Source of the DNA: Patescibacteria group bacterium
GTDB taxonomy: Bacteria > Patescibacteriota > WWE3 > UBA101185 > UBA10185
Length of the DNA: 64,000 nucleotides
Direction: 5' to 3'
NCBI GenBank assembly: GCA_049322215.1
Contig: JBMORU010000001.1
Span: forward strand, 836,023 to 900,022
Both the position numbers and the translations under genes were made by a program. The notes under the pieces are model-generated. The model saw nothing but the letters and a program-made list of their open reading frames with translations, was not told the DNA's origin and searched no databases. Positions 1-10,033 of the stretch are shown here, piece after piece. The first letter of the stretch is position 1. The number at the start of each line of letters is the position of its first letter.

Positions 1-28
1 ATGCAAAGGGTATCATATACTAATATGT

Positions 29-1243
29 ATGCCCAATCTTAAAACTATTCAAGAAGCTTCGCAAGAGTTAGGAATATCAACAGATACATTAAGAAGATGG
101 GACAAAAAAGGCCTTATAAAATCAAAAAGAAATGAGTTAAATTACAGAGTTTTTGATACCGAAGAAATAGAGCGAATACAAAGTAAATTAAACGGCGATA
201 CTTCAAAAAACCACTTTAAAATATATAAAAATAAAAAAACTTATAACTATAAGGTTGTTGAGTTGTTTGCTGGTGCTGGTGGTACAGCATTAGGGTTTCA
301 TAATGCAGGTTTGCAACATGCATTGTTAATTGAAAATGATAAATTTTGCGTAGCAACATTAAAGAAAAATAAACCCAAGTGGAATATAGACGGTAGAGAC
401 ATAAGAACAGTTGATTATACGGGCATTAAGGCTGATATTGTAGAAGGGGGATTTCCATGCCAATCGTTTAGTTATGCTGGAAAAAGACAAGGTTTTGGAG
501 AAACAAGAGGTACTTTATTTTTTGAATTTGCGCGTGCAGTTGATGCGATTAAACCTAAAATTGCAGTTGCAGAAAATGTAAGGGGTTTAGAAACCCATGA
601 TGAAGGCAGAACATTAAAAACCATGTTACATACTTTAGAAAATCTTGGCTATAAAGTGGCGTATAAAATATTAAAAGCTCAGTATTTTGATGTACCTCAA
701 AAAAGAGAACGTATAATAATTATTGGAGTGCGCAAAAATCTAAATATTCCCATTTTGTTTCCCAAAGAAAAAAATTATATTGTAACTTTGCGAGAAGCAT
801 TGCAAAATGTACCAGAATCTGAAGGTCAAACATATTCAAAAGAAAAAGAAAAAATAATGAATCTAATTCCTCAAGGTGGTTATTGGAAAGACTTACCAGA
901 AGAACTTCAAAAATCTTATATGGGAGCAAGCTATTATCACACAGGAGGTAGAACAGGTATGGCTAGGCGTATGTCCTGGGATGAGCCCTCTCTAACATTA
1001 ACTACAAGTCCATCACAAAAGCAAACCGAAAGATGTCATCCAGAAGAAACTAGACCATTTACAGTCAGAGAATATGCAAGAATACAGACCTTTCCTGACG
1101 ACTGGGTATTTGAAGGGGGAATAACATCAAAATATAAACAAATTGGCAATGCCGTGCCAGTAAACCTAGGCTATCATATTGCAAATGGAATAATTAACAT
1201 GCTTGAGGGAAATATGGATAAAGACAATTTTGTTATTGTGTAG
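29..1243 (+). CDS. dcm: DNA (cytosine-5) methyltransferase with N-terminal MerR-like HTH
   Basis: Motifs FAGAGG (I), GFPCQSFS (IV), ENV (VI), QKRER (VIII), QIGNAVP (X); N-terminus TIQEASQELGISTDTLRRWD is MerR/excisionase-like. Confidence 0.95.
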   Translation: MPNLKTIQEASQELGISTDTLRRWDKKGLIKSKRNELNYRVFDTEEIERIQSKLNGDTSKNHFKIYKNKKTYNYKVVELFAGAGGTALGFHNAGLQHALLIENDKFCVATLKKNKPKWNIDGRDIRTVDYTGIKADIVEGGFPCQSFSYAGKRQGFGETRGTLFFEFARAVDAIKPKIAVAENVRGLETHDEGRTLKTMLHTLENLGYKVAYKILKAQYFDVPQKRERIIIIGVRKNLNIPILFPKEKNYIVTLREALQNVPESEGQTYSKEKEKIMNLIPQGGYWKDLPEELQKSYMGASYYHTGGRTGMARRMSWDEPSLTLTTSPSQKQTERCHPEETRPFTVREYARIQTFPDDWVFEGGITSKYKQIGNAVPVNLGYHIANGIINMLEGNMDKDNFVIV

Positions 1244-1245
1244 TT

Positions 1246-1350
1246 TTACCTAAACAAACTCTTACTATCTTGTATCTCTTTACTTAGTTTTTCAATTACT
1301 TCCTCAAGTAAATCTTTAGCATCAGACCCCACAGCAATATCCCATAGCAC
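1246..1350 (-). pseudogene. Possible C-terminal remnant of a convergent gene, perhaps the cognate restriction endonuclease
   Basis: Reads VLWDIAVGSDAKDLLEEVIEKLSKEIQDSKSLFR*, stop 2 nt from the MTase stop; in-frame TAA four codons upstream of the GTG. Confidence 0.35.
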
Positions 1351-1509
1351 ATTTACCGGTTAAACACTTTGTAGTATAATACTAATGGTTCCTTTCCATT
1401 CCTTTTCTTTTAGTTTCTAGGGCGACATATGTCGTTCAAGTTAATAATTTAGTATAAAAGAAATCCGTGGAAAACCACGGAATTTTTGTTTTTTAGGAGG
1501 TGAGTAAGT

Positions 1510-1806
1510 ATGGAAAAAAATAAAAGCTTAATAATGGGTATTTGGAAGTTTCATGAAAGAGTTGGCGAAAAAGACCTTATTGAAGTTGCAAACGAATGGG
1601 CTAAAGACGAGAGATATGTTCAACTATACATTAGAAAAGTAAGCAAAGATCAAAATGGTATTGGGTTTGCCTATGAAAGCGATGGTACAAAAGAATCGCA
1701 TGATGTCTACTTTCACAATGCTTCTGATGGACTAAAAAGAAAATTTGGCAACGACTTAGTAGGTTGGGATATAGCTTCTACCTCAACTTTAGTAAAAGGA
1801 TTTTAG
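1510..1806 (+). CDS. Hypothetical protein
   Basis: 98-aa ORF with strong SD AGGAGGTGA and a downstream hairpin. Confidence 0.75.
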   Translation: MEKNKSLIMGIWKFHERVGEKDLIEVANEWAKDERYVQLYIRKVSKDQNGIGFAYESDGTKESHDVYFHNASDGLKRKFGNDLVGWDIASTSTLVKGF

Positions 1807-1848
1807 TGAGGTAGTAAGGTGGAGAGGAACCACCTAAAGCTTAAATTG

Positions 1849-3066
1849 TTAACCAAACATCAACAACTCAGGTTTAAATATAAGCAGTAACCCCACAATA
1901 AGCATAAGAATACCCCCTATTAAATGCGAAACACGACTATATTTAGTACTTATACCCGTCATTTCTAAGGTTATCATTGCTGTAAAAAAAACGAATAAGT
2001 CATCTAACATAAATACTAAAATATATAAAAGCATGTAAGCATAGTATTGCCACTGAGCTAAATTACTTAGTGTGAGTATTTGAGTAAAAACTACAGGTAA
2101 TCCCGCCGAACATATTAATTCTACTAAGTTAACTGCAAACGCCAAAAGAATAATTCCACCTAAAGCTATAAAAAATTGTTTTTGGTGTGTGATATTTTTT
2201 AACTTCTCAAAAACTAATTTCCTTTTTTCACCGCCAGTAACTTTACAACCACTATCTTTATTTGTAAAAAATTCTTTAAGATTATAGCCACCTCCACCTA
2301 TTGCTACTATACCAATTAGTATTCGTACCCAAACTATAAACCCAATAAACAAAAGTAAGTTTAACCAAGCAGCCATGAATAAAAAGTAAACAAACGCAGA
2401 AGCAACAATAAATGCTGTACCTAAAATCCAACGTCTTTTTTTGTCTTTCATACCTAAAAGCAAACTAATTAAGAATAGAAGCGTCCACATAGCACAAGGA
2501 TTAAAACCATCTAACCCACCAAGAACAACTGTTAAAACAGGTAAAGATAAGTTTTTAGGGTTTACTTTTCCTATAATGGGTAGGTTAAGCTCTGCGGGTA
2601 TAGCATCAGGTTGAACTTTATCCGGCACTGGTTGTGTAGGACTGTCAGGAGGTGTGTGAACAGAAGCTAAAATTTCATCCACAATATCTCGGCTATCATT
2701 TGCTAAAGCAAGTTGAACAGCATTTTCAATATCTTTTCCTGTGGTTTCTTCACTTAACCACCCTGTAAAATGCTTTTCTCCAACAACAGTAAAAGGTACT
2801 CCAGAAACTTTTATACCCAGGTTGTTTCCTACTTCAATAAGTAACTTCCTGTTTTCGCTGCTTCCCCAAGTTTCAAAGTCATTAACTTTAACTTCGGGAT
2901 ACTTTTTTTCTAACTCTTCTAAGAAGGGCTTTTCGTTAGCACAATGGGGGCAACCGTCTCCCCAAAAGAAATAAATATTAACTACTTTTTCTTGGGCAAA
3001 GGCAGGTTTAGCTAATAAAAGAAAAAGTATTAACCCAAATGAAATTTTAGACAGTTTTTTAAGCAT
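1849..3066 (-). CDS. Thioredoxin/glutaredoxin domain fused to a cytochrome c biogenesis-like membrane domain
   Basis: Signal peptide, CPHC, GVP cis-Pro, TM domain with GFNPCAMW and ELICSAGLP. Confidence 0.85.
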   Translation of the reverse strand: MLKKLSKISFGLILFLLLAKPAFAQEKVVNIYFFWGDGCPHCANEKPFLEELEKKYPEVKVNDFETWGSSENRKLLIEVGNNLGIKVSGVPFTVVGEKHFTGWLSEETTGKDIENAVQLALANDSRDIVDEILASVHTPPDSPTQPVPDKVQPDAIPAELNLPIIGKVNPKNLSLPVLTVVLGGLDGFNPCAMWTLLFLISLLLGMKDKKRRWILGTAFIVASAFVYFLFMAAWLNLLLFIGFIVWVRILIGIVAIGGGGYNLKEFFTNKDSGCKVTGGEKRKLVFEKLKNITHQKQFFIALGGIILLAFAVNLVELICSAGLPVVFTQILTLSNLAQWQYYAYMLLYILVFMLDDLFVFFTAMITLEMTGISTKYSRVSHLIGGILMLIVGLLLIFKPELLMFG

Positions 3067-3070
3067 TGTT

Positions 3071-3340
3071 TTATTTATCCTTGTTTTCTAAAATTATTTC
3101 AACAAGTTTGCTTTTTTCTATTTCGCCTTGAAGTCTTAAAAACTCGTTTTCATTCTTATCAAGAAAAACAAAGGTAGGAAGGTTTTCATCAATCTTGTGT
3201 TTTTCTACCATTTCTCTGTTATCATCGTAATCGTACATTTCAGTTTTTAGCCATGAATGTTCTTTTTCAATTTCAGCCCACCTTGGCTTCATAACTAAAC
3301 AACCTGAACACCATACAGCTCCAAATTTTAATACTTTCAT
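3071..3340 (-). CDS. Thioredoxin family protein
   Basis: WCSGC motif, LPTF. Confidence 0.85.
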   Translation of the reverse strand: MKVLKFGAVWCSGCLVMKPRWAEIEKEHSWLKTEMYDYDDNREMVEKHKIDENLPTFVFLDKNENEFLRLQGEIEKSKLVEIILENKDK

Positions 3341-3372
3341 ACTTTACCTCCAATAAAAAGCTAAATAGAGCT

Positions 3373-4353
3373 TTATAAAATCCAATTAAATAAGTATCCC
3401 ATAAAGATAATTCCCACAATAGTTATACCGAAAAAGGTAAAAAGTAGTTGTTTTTTCATCAATTTTGCTAGCATTAAGCCTTCTGGAATGGATATAGTCA
3501 CAGTTGCAGTCATAAAGGCTAGTGCTGATCCCATTGGTATTCCTTTGCCTACTAAAACCTCAACTATGGGAATAATCCCTATAGAATTAGCATAAAGTGG
3601 CGCCCCTAAAAATACAACGCCTGGTACAACCCACCACTCTTTAAGAGATAAATATTTTGTAACTAAATCTTCGGGAACAAATCCATGAATTAAAGCCCCA
3701 ATACCAACACCTAGTAAAACATATGGAAAGATTTTTTTAGTTATACCGGCGGCTTCGCTTGCCCAATACTTTAGTAGATTCTTAAGGGGAACTTTTTGAC
3801 CATTATATGTAGCCTCAACTTGAGCTTTAGATTTAAACTTTAGAAATTCTGGTTGAACATATTTCTCCATTTTAAGCTTATGAATTAGCATTCCTCCCAT
3901 AACTGCGATAATTATTCCTACAACGTTATATAAAATAGTAACTTTTAAGCCAAATATTGCCGGAAACAAATAAAGAGAGGCTTCATTAACTAGGGGAGAG
4001 CTAATGAGAAAAGCAAAAGTAATGCCTAATGGAATACCTGCAGATAGAAATCCTATAAAAAGCGGTATAGAAGAACATGAACAAAACGGTGTTATAACAC
4101 CTAACACTGCTGCAAGTAGGTAGTCTAAACCATACCAATTTCTTTTAGTTAGAATATCTCGAACCTTTTCCATAGGAAAGTAATAACGCGTAATTGCCAT
4201 AATGTAGTTGATAACAATAAGAAGTAAGCCAATTTTTATGACATCGTAAATAAAAAAGTTTACTGTATCTCCCCAGTAAGAATCTTGTGAAATAGAGAAC
4301 CAATCATAAGTCACACTGTTCGCAAAGGTTTGGACTGAGGCAAAAATCTCCAT
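3373..4353 (-). CDS. arsP: ArsP-family permease
   Basis: TPFCSCSSIP and FLISSPLVN motifs, multi-TM, in an ArsR operon. Confidence 0.85.
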   Translation of the reverse strand: MEIFASVQTFANSVTYDWFSISQDSYWGDTVNFFIYDVIKIGLLLIVINYIMAITRYYFPMEKVRDILTKRNWYGLDYLLAAVLGVITPFCSCSSIPLFIGFLSAGIPLGITFAFLISSPLVNEASLYLFPAIFGLKVTILYNVVGIIIAVMGGMLIHKLKMEKYVQPEFLKFKSKAQVEATYNGQKVPLKNLLKYWASEAAGITKKIFPYVLLGVGIGALIHGFVPEDLVTKYLSLKEWWVVPGVVFLGAPLYANSIGIIPIVEVLVGKGIPMGSALAFMTATVTISIPEGLMLAKLMKKQLLFTFFGITIVGIIFMGYLFNWIL

Positions 4354-4357
4354 ACAA

Positions 4358-4612
4358 TTATTTTTCCTGTGTATCTAAAATTTTTTGTTTAATCTTGTTT
4401 AGGTCAGATATAAAACCAACCAGTGCTACTTTTTTATCTACCACTAAGACCGGACTACTCATTTGATTCAGTTCAATAATTTTCTGCATACCCTCAGTAC
4501 CAGTAATGTATTCAATTTCTGCTTCTAATTTTTCGTTCTGAACTACTTTTTGCACTATTTCATAAAGTTTTTTGCAGGTAGGGCACCCCGTACCTAACAC
4601 TTGTATCTTCAT
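4358..4612 (-). CDS. Small redox-active disulfide protein (MTH895-like thioredoxin)
   Basis: MKIQVLGTGCPTC...SSPVLVVD. Confidence 0.85.
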   Translation of the reverse strand: MKIQVLGTGCPTCKKLYEIVQKVVQNEKLEAEIEYITGTEGMQKIIELNQMSSPVLVVDKKVALVGFISDLNKIKQKILDTQEK

Positions 4613-4935
4613 AAATTTATCTCCGTGGGAATTTGAAATAATAAATCTGTGATTGTTTTACCTTTTTCTGTATAAGAGTAATACACGCGAACACCACGTT
4701 TTTCATCTTGCAAAATACCCATTTCTTTTAAGTCTTTTAGATGGTGTGAAATAAGGCTTTGTGACATATCAAGGTGTTTCATAATTTCATAAACACAATG
4801 GGAACCTTGTCTTAAAATGCATAAAATTTTTAGACGGCTTTCTTCAGAAACTAATTTTAAGATATTAGAAAGACTGCTTACATATTTGGACTCTTCAGTA
4901 CTAGGTTTGCAGCAACTATATGAATGCATGTTCAT
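4609..4935 (-). CDS. arsR: ArsR/SmtB family metalloregulator
   Basis: SRLKIL...CVYEI...SQSLISHHLKDL...GVRVYY; N-terminal CC. Confidence 0.9.
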   Translation of the reverse strand: MNMHSYSCCKPSTEESKYVSSLSNILKLVSEESRLKILCILRQGSHCVYEIMKHLDMSQSLISHHLKDLKEMGILQDEKRGVRVYYSYTEKGKTITDLLFQIPTEINL

Positions 4936-4938
4936 ATA
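4917..4938. promoter_or_regulatory. ArsR/SmtB-type operator (inverted repeat) overlapping the arsR start
   Basis: TATATGAA-tgcatg-TTCATATA perfect 8-bp inverted repeat. Confidence 0.65.
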
Positions 4939-5014
4939 ATATTCCTAAAAAAGTTGAAGTCAATATTTCAAAACACGCTACTATATTGTTTAGGGAAAAC
5001 TGTATAATATAACA

Positions 5015-6355
5015 ATGAGCGGAGAACAATTTATTCCACCAGAAGCAATTCAAGAATTAATAGAAAAGGATTTGGCAAATGACGATGGTAAAAATACAGT
5101 GCAACGAGCGGGAGAGTACTACCCAAAAGCTACAAAAGATGCGTTTGAAAGAAGGGAATATTTTCTTGAGTATAGAAGCGCCGACTTAGAGAGCTTAATT
5201 GGAAGAGAACTACAATTTCCAATAGAGGCTTCTGAGAGTCAGATAGCAGAAGAATTAGATTTAGCAACACTATTCATTGTTTCTGAACTAACACAAGGCA
5301 AGTGGAAAGACGACTTTTTAAAAGAATACTACGGCGAATACTATACGCAATTAGCCGAAGGAAAAGATTCAAACAAACTAATTAATGACATAATAGAAAA
5401 TGATGGTAGAGAAGTAATTATTCAAGAGCTTACAGGTTTTTTTGTAGAGGGAATAAATAAAGAACTTGAAAAAGCAGAAAAACATCAATACGGCACACTA
5501 ACATCTGGTTTAGAGTTAGAAGTTGTACCAACAGATTTATCGAGTAAAAAAGCGCTAAAAGAGCAGGTAGCTCAAATAGATACATTGCAAGATATAGGTT
5601 ACCCAATAATGCTAGATATGTTAAGAGAAATACCTTTACCAAAATCCCCTTCAGCACACGAACAACTAAAAGCAACCTTAGAACTTATCGAAATGGGAAT
5701 GATAAAACCAAATCAAGAAATTGCCATTCACTTGAATTTTGGAGGTTTTGAGCGTTTTGACCAAGATTTTTTCATGCTGGATCAAATTATACGAACTTCT
5801 AATCTTTTTGGAATTGAAATTAATCCTTGGGATTCAGACGAACCCCCTGAAGAAGCCCGAAAGCCTTTGTATGAAGAAGATGTTTTTTCACCTATGGGTT
5901 TTCCATTTAAAGTAAGAGAAGATGGTGTAATTGAGTTTAGAGGACTCCCCCAAATGATTGACTACAAATCTTATGCTAAAGGCATAAAAACAGTAGAATC
6001 CTTATGCGAATCGCTTGCAGCTTATCAAAGGCAAGACTTAGGTAAAGAAGATAAAACAGGCAAAGATGCCGAGTTAGCCGCTGTTTGGAAAGATTTGCGA
6101 AATAATACAAGGCACAACTTTGGCACGTGGTTTCATTACGGAGAAATTGATTCTTACTATAACTTTGAGGATGCAGAAGAATACTGGAAACATGTTTCAA
6201 GACTAAAAATAAAAGTGGCTACAGTGGGCATGGACAGAGAAACATTACAGGAAAACAAAAGAAGAAGCGAAACTATTCACAACGACGTAGTAGAAGCACG
6301 TATTAAAGCTAGTAAGCTGCTTAAAGATGCCCACAAAAAGGGGGGAATTGATTAG
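5015..6355 (+). CDS. Acidic hypothetical protein, possibly carboxylate-amine ligase (glutamine synthetase/amidoligase) fold
   Basis: Ordered motifs SGLELEV, IHLNFG, IEFRG; TATAAT 6 nt before ATG. Confidence 0.5.
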   Translation: MSGEQFIPPEAIQELIEKDLANDDGKNTVQRAGEYYPKATKDAFERREYFLEYRSADLESLIGRELQFPIEASESQIAEELDLATLFIVSELTQGKWKDDFLKEYYGEYYTQLAEGKDSNKLINDIIENDGREVIIQELTGFFVEGINKELEKAEKHQYGTLTSGLELEVVPTDLSSKKALKEQVAQIDTLQDIGYPIMLDMLREIPLPKSPSAHEQLKATLELIEMGMIKPNQEIAIHLNFGGFERFDQDFFMLDQIIRTSNLFGIEINPWDSDEPPEEARKPLYEEDVFSPMGFPFKVREDGVIEFRGLPQMIDYKSYAKGIKTVESLCESLAAYQRQDLGKEDKTGKDAELAAVWKDLRNNTRHNFGTWFHYGEIDSYYNFEDAEEYWKHVSRLKIKVATVGMDRETLQENKRRSETIHNDVVEARIKASKLLKDAHKKGGID

Positions 6356-6408
6356 AAAAATGCCGACATCACATAATAAATACATGATACCGGCATATAC
6401 AGTTATTC

Positions 6409-7155
6409 TTAACAAATAAAGTGCGCAAAAAGACCCCAAACACCTGAGATATTTGGTTCGCACAAACCTCGAGTATAAAAGTAAAAAATTAAGCAATCTT
6501 CTGCTATGTAAATACTCAAAAGTAAAACGAACCCGGCAAATGGAATAATTAACCACCTTATCCAAGACTCTACCGTTGCATACTTTTTTGGCACTTCAGA
6601 AGACTTTATGCGTAAAAGATTTCTGAATACGAGTGTTAGGCCAACAAACATACTCACAAAGTATACGTATACAAGGTTTAGTACCCAGGCATTTATCTTA
6701 AAACTTGGTCCCAGGTTGATGTAGTTAAACCTAAATAGCAGCTCCCAATCGTTAGTCATGGTAGTTAGCCCAATTCCACTAACAAATGCCATAACCGCAA
6801 TGCTGGCTCCCAAAAAAATAGAAGCCAAGCGCCGGTTTTTTTCTTTGTATGCCATTAAAGCAAGAATTGCTAAGGCAAATGGGCTAACTAATACGCCCAA
6901 TACAAAGGTTAAAAAAATGGCAGCGAGAACAATCCATATAAAAGTCCCTCCTAAAGCTTCGCCCCCATCAATTGAAAACCCTGAATTTGGTTTAAACGAT
7001 CCGGTTACTGCATCAACAGCCCCAATTTGGGAACCGCTTGAGTTAAACACATTTCCAACGTGTGAAACCCCGCTGTTAAACCCATCAAAATGCCCATTGG
7101 CTATTTGCCCAATAGGGTTACCCGAGGAATCGAAAACATTAAAACCCTTTGACAT
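6409..7155 (-). CDS. Orphan membrane protein with Gly-rich N-terminal repeats (dispersed unit)
   Basis: Repeats VFDSSGNPIGQI / VFNSSGSQIGAV then 4-5 TM helices; AAGGAG SD, ATATCACACATA leader, 3' hairpin 6360-6396. Confidence 0.75.
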   Translation of the reverse strand: MSKGFNVFDSSGNPIGQIANGHFDGFNSGVSHVGNVFNSSGSQIGAVDAVTGSFKPNSGFSIDGGEALGGTFIWIVLAAIFLTFVLGVLVSPFALAILALMAYKEKNRRLASIFLGASIAVMAFVSGIGLTTMTNDWELLFRFNYINLGPSFKINAWVLNLVYVYFVSMFVGLTLVFRNLLRIKSSEVPKKYATVESWIRWLIIPFAGFVLLLSIYIAEDCLIFYFYTRGLCEPNISGVWGLFAHFIC

Positions 7156-7254
7156 GTTACTCTCCTTTTTTTTGCTTTTGTATGTGTGATATGTGTTGTA
7201 AAGGTGTTACTTTAGGAAAAATATAGCATTTTTTGCTAAATAAGCTTAAATGAG

Positions 7255-8829
7255 TCAATAAGTTACAGAAGATGCTGCCCTCTGCTTTTTGTTAAGTTCA
7301 ATTCTAACTTTATATCCATACTTATTAAAAAGATAAATAAGTTCCTCACCGTTAATAAGTTTAAGTGGCTTGTCTTTTGCAAATTCAAGAGAATCTTTAC
7401 CATAATAGCTTGTAGTTACTAATATGCCCTTTACAGCACCTTCGTTAAGCATAGTTCCATACAAATCTCTCACAGCACTAACTGGAACCAAATTGTTATA
7501 TCTCTTTGCTTGAATAACGTATTTTCCTCCCCTAATTGGATCTTGATCAAAAGCTATAGCATCAACACCTGCATCACGAGAGGCTCTTGTAACTTCGACC
7601 CTACATGTATCTGTAGAAAACATTTTTTGAACTAAATCTCTTACAAGTACTTCAAATTCTTGCCAGTCCATTATTGCAAGATTTACAGTTTCGTCTAACC
7701 CTTCAATTACACTCGATGCCTGAATAATCCTGTTATCTTCTGTATTCAGTTGCATTATTGGTTTTACTGGTGCCAATTTTGATAAAGACCCAGCAGTTAT
7801 ACCTTTTAAGTGTTTGAAGCAGTCAGTAGGTGCAACATTTATTAAATTTATGTCACCAAATTCTTCACGATTTACCTGTAAGCTTGCTATACAGTTATTG
7901 AATTTATTTCCAGTTTTAGAATCTATTCCTTCTACCCATCCATTTATTACTATTGTTTCAACATGATTATTATAGTCTGATTCGAAAACCTCATGAATTG
8001 TACGTAACAGAATTTGATATATAACTTCATTGTAAAACTGTTCGAATTCTTTAATACCCATTTTGACTTCTTCTATGGAATCTCTAGATCTAATATATTT
8101 AAACTCTTTGATATAAGGAACCTCTTCTGTATAAGGTAATGACATTTCTATAAGAAGCAGTTTAGAGTTTGATTCGTACGAAACTTCAGAAGATAAATTG
8201 AGCGTTTCAGGATACTCCGATCTATCTAGGACAGTTTCTATATAATGAACTACACCATCTCTTTCGCCTTTTTCATAGCTAGCCCTTTTTGCATCTATTT
8301 CTTCGTTAAAAGCCTTTTGTTGTAATTCAAAATCCGCTTTCTCTTTTTCATAAACTTCTTTACGGCGCTCTTCTATTTTTCCCCATTCTTCTTCTGCAAC
8401 GGCAAAACTCTCTTCTGCTTTTATTTCTGCATTTATTCGTTTTTCTTTAAATATGGGTACAAATTCTATAAAGCTTTTTTTAGGAACACCAATAAGAAAT
8501 TCTTCTTTTATTGGCTTTTCAGATGGGGCATAACTTTTGAAGATCTTATTGTTTTTTATACTTTCCCAATCAATTTTGTCATTTCTATCTAGCGTGTATT
8601 TCAAAATTGTTTTGTAAGAGTTAATTTCTTCTTGTGCTAATTTTGTTGAATTCAATGCTTCATTCTGGGATTTTTCTTTGGCTCTTAGGTTCTCATACTT
8701 TATATGCTGTTCTTCCCAAATCCTTTGCCTTTTTCTTACTTTTTCATCAAAGATAAATTTGTCATTAGATTTTATGAGAATGGTTTCTCCAGTGTAATCG
8801 TTAGTTAAATATGTTTGATAAGTTGCCAT
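7255..8829 (-). CDS. Mrr-family restriction endonuclease with N-terminal coiled coil
   Basis: C-terminal Mrr_cat: EFEVLV...DAGVDAI...IQAKRY...VRDLYG...GILVTTS...LINGEEL. Confidence 0.9.
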   Translation of the reverse strand: MATYQTYLTNDYTGETILIKSNDKFIFDEKVRKRQRIWEEQHIKYENLRAKEKSQNEALNSTKLAQEEINSYKTILKYTLDRNDKIDWESIKNNKIFKSYAPSEKPIKEEFLIGVPKKSFIEFVPIFKEKRINAEIKAEESFAVAEEEWGKIEERRKEVYEKEKADFELQQKAFNEEIDAKRASYEKGERDGVVHYIETVLDRSEYPETLNLSSEVSYESNSKLLLIEMSLPYTEEVPYIKEFKYIRSRDSIEEVKMGIKEFEQFYNEVIYQILLRTIHEVFESDYNNHVETIVINGWVEGIDSKTGNKFNNCIASLQVNREEFGDINLINVAPTDCFKHLKGITAGSLSKLAPVKPIMQLNTEDNRIIQASSVIEGLDETVNLAIMDWQEFEVLVRDLVQKMFSTDTCRVEVTRASRDAGVDAIAFDQDPIRGGKYVIQAKRYNNLVPVSAVRDLYGTMLNEGAVKGILVTTSYYGKDSLEFAKDKPLKLINGEELIYLFNKYGYKVRIELNKKQRAASSVTY

Positions 8830-8878
8830 GACAATTTGATTATAGCACTAAGCTCTGTTAGTACATATCAAACTTACC

Positions 8879-9937
8879 TCAAACTAGTTTTCCACCATTT
8901 TGCTCAAAAGCGTCACTCAAACCGCTTCTTATTAATCTCATCAAAATATCAGAAAAGGGAACACCGTGTAATTCCTCAATAATCAACCCCATTGCTGTAT
9001 TTAACTCTTTTGGGCCAAAAGCCGGATTAGCATTAAAGTCAATAAAATAATGTCTTCCAGAACTATCAATGCGCACATCAAATTTTCCGTAACCTTCCAT
9101 TTTTGAAAGCTCAAAAGCCTTTTTTGCTAAATCTTTAAGTTTGTCGTCTTCATACTTTTCGTAAGTATATGCCCAGTTTGACTTGTCAGTGCCTACATCA
9201 AGCCATTGATCTTCAAACGTTGCCATAGCATATTTATTTTCTGCATTTTTAAAAGCTTTTTTTGCCATGTAAATTTTTGTGTTGGCACCTTCAAGGCACA
9301 TAACCGTTATTTCATCTCCAGAAATAAATTCCTCAATAAGCACGGGCTGATTGTATGTAGAAATAAGAAACTTAACTCTTTCTCTAAGGTGTTTTTCATC
9401 TTCAGAAATTGCATCGTAACCAATTTCAACACCACCGTGTATTTCGTTTAGTTTTGAAATAACGGGAAATCTTAGTTCAACATCTAAAGCATTACTTGGA
9501 GTATTAAACAGCTGAAAATTAGGAACAGGAATTCCTGCGTTTCTAAGCAACTTCCGCATTAAAAACTTGTTGTAACACAAAGCTAGTCCTAAAAGACCTG
9601 CACCAACATAGGGCAGATCCATTGTATCTAAAATTCCCGGAATAGTTGAAGAAAGGTACTCATTGCCTTTTATAGAATCTACTAGGTTAAAAACAACATC
9701 GGGTTTGCCTTTTTTTAAATTCTCAATTAGTGAATCATTTCCAGGGTATAACATTACTTTAAAACCAAGTGTTGTGAGTCGCGCAGCTACTAATTCTGCA
9801 TCTTCATGTGCATCTTTTTCTGTAAGGTACTGTTCTTCAGTAGGAAAATATTCTCGCTTAACATCGCTATAAATAATACCTACCTTTTTTACATCTTTTA
9901 AGGAGTCATTGTTTGATATTGTTGCTATTGATTGCAC
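8879..9937 (-). CDS. ATP-grasp D-Ala-D-Ala ligase-like protein
   Basis: PYVGAG...NKFLM...GIPVP...FPVISK...LIEEFISGDE...FIDFNANP. Confidence 0.8.
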   Translation of the reverse strand: MQSIATISNNDSLKDVKKVGIIYSDVKREYFPTEEQYLTEKDAHEDAELVAARLTTLGFKVMLYPGNDSLIENLKKGKPDVVFNLVDSIKGNEYLSSTIPGILDTMDLPYVGAGLLGLALCYNKFLMRKLLRNAGIPVPNFQLFNTPSNALDVELRFPVISKLNEIHGGVEIGYDAISEDEKHLRERVKFLISTYNQPVLIEEFISGDEITVMCLEGANTKIYMAKKAFKNAENKYAMATFEDQWLDVGTDKSNWAYTYEKYEDDKLKDLAKKAFELSKMEGYGKFDVRIDSSGRHYFIDFNANPAFGPKELNTAMGLIIEELHGVPFSDILMRLIRSGLSDAFEQNGGKLV

Positions 9938-10033
9938 ATTTTAATGCTACCAGTATTTTTTGAAAAATAAATAAAATTTTTCAAGCAGCCCTATCGTGTT
10001 TCTATTTAGTACTCTGTTATAATTTTTTCGTAA

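Noticed and set aside
1510-1806. Membership of this ORF in the dispersed orphan family
   Set aside because: Different SD (AGGAGGTGA), no AAATATCAC leader and a short hairpin. The nearby CCCATAG at 1341 lies in the gene remnant without a clear -35.
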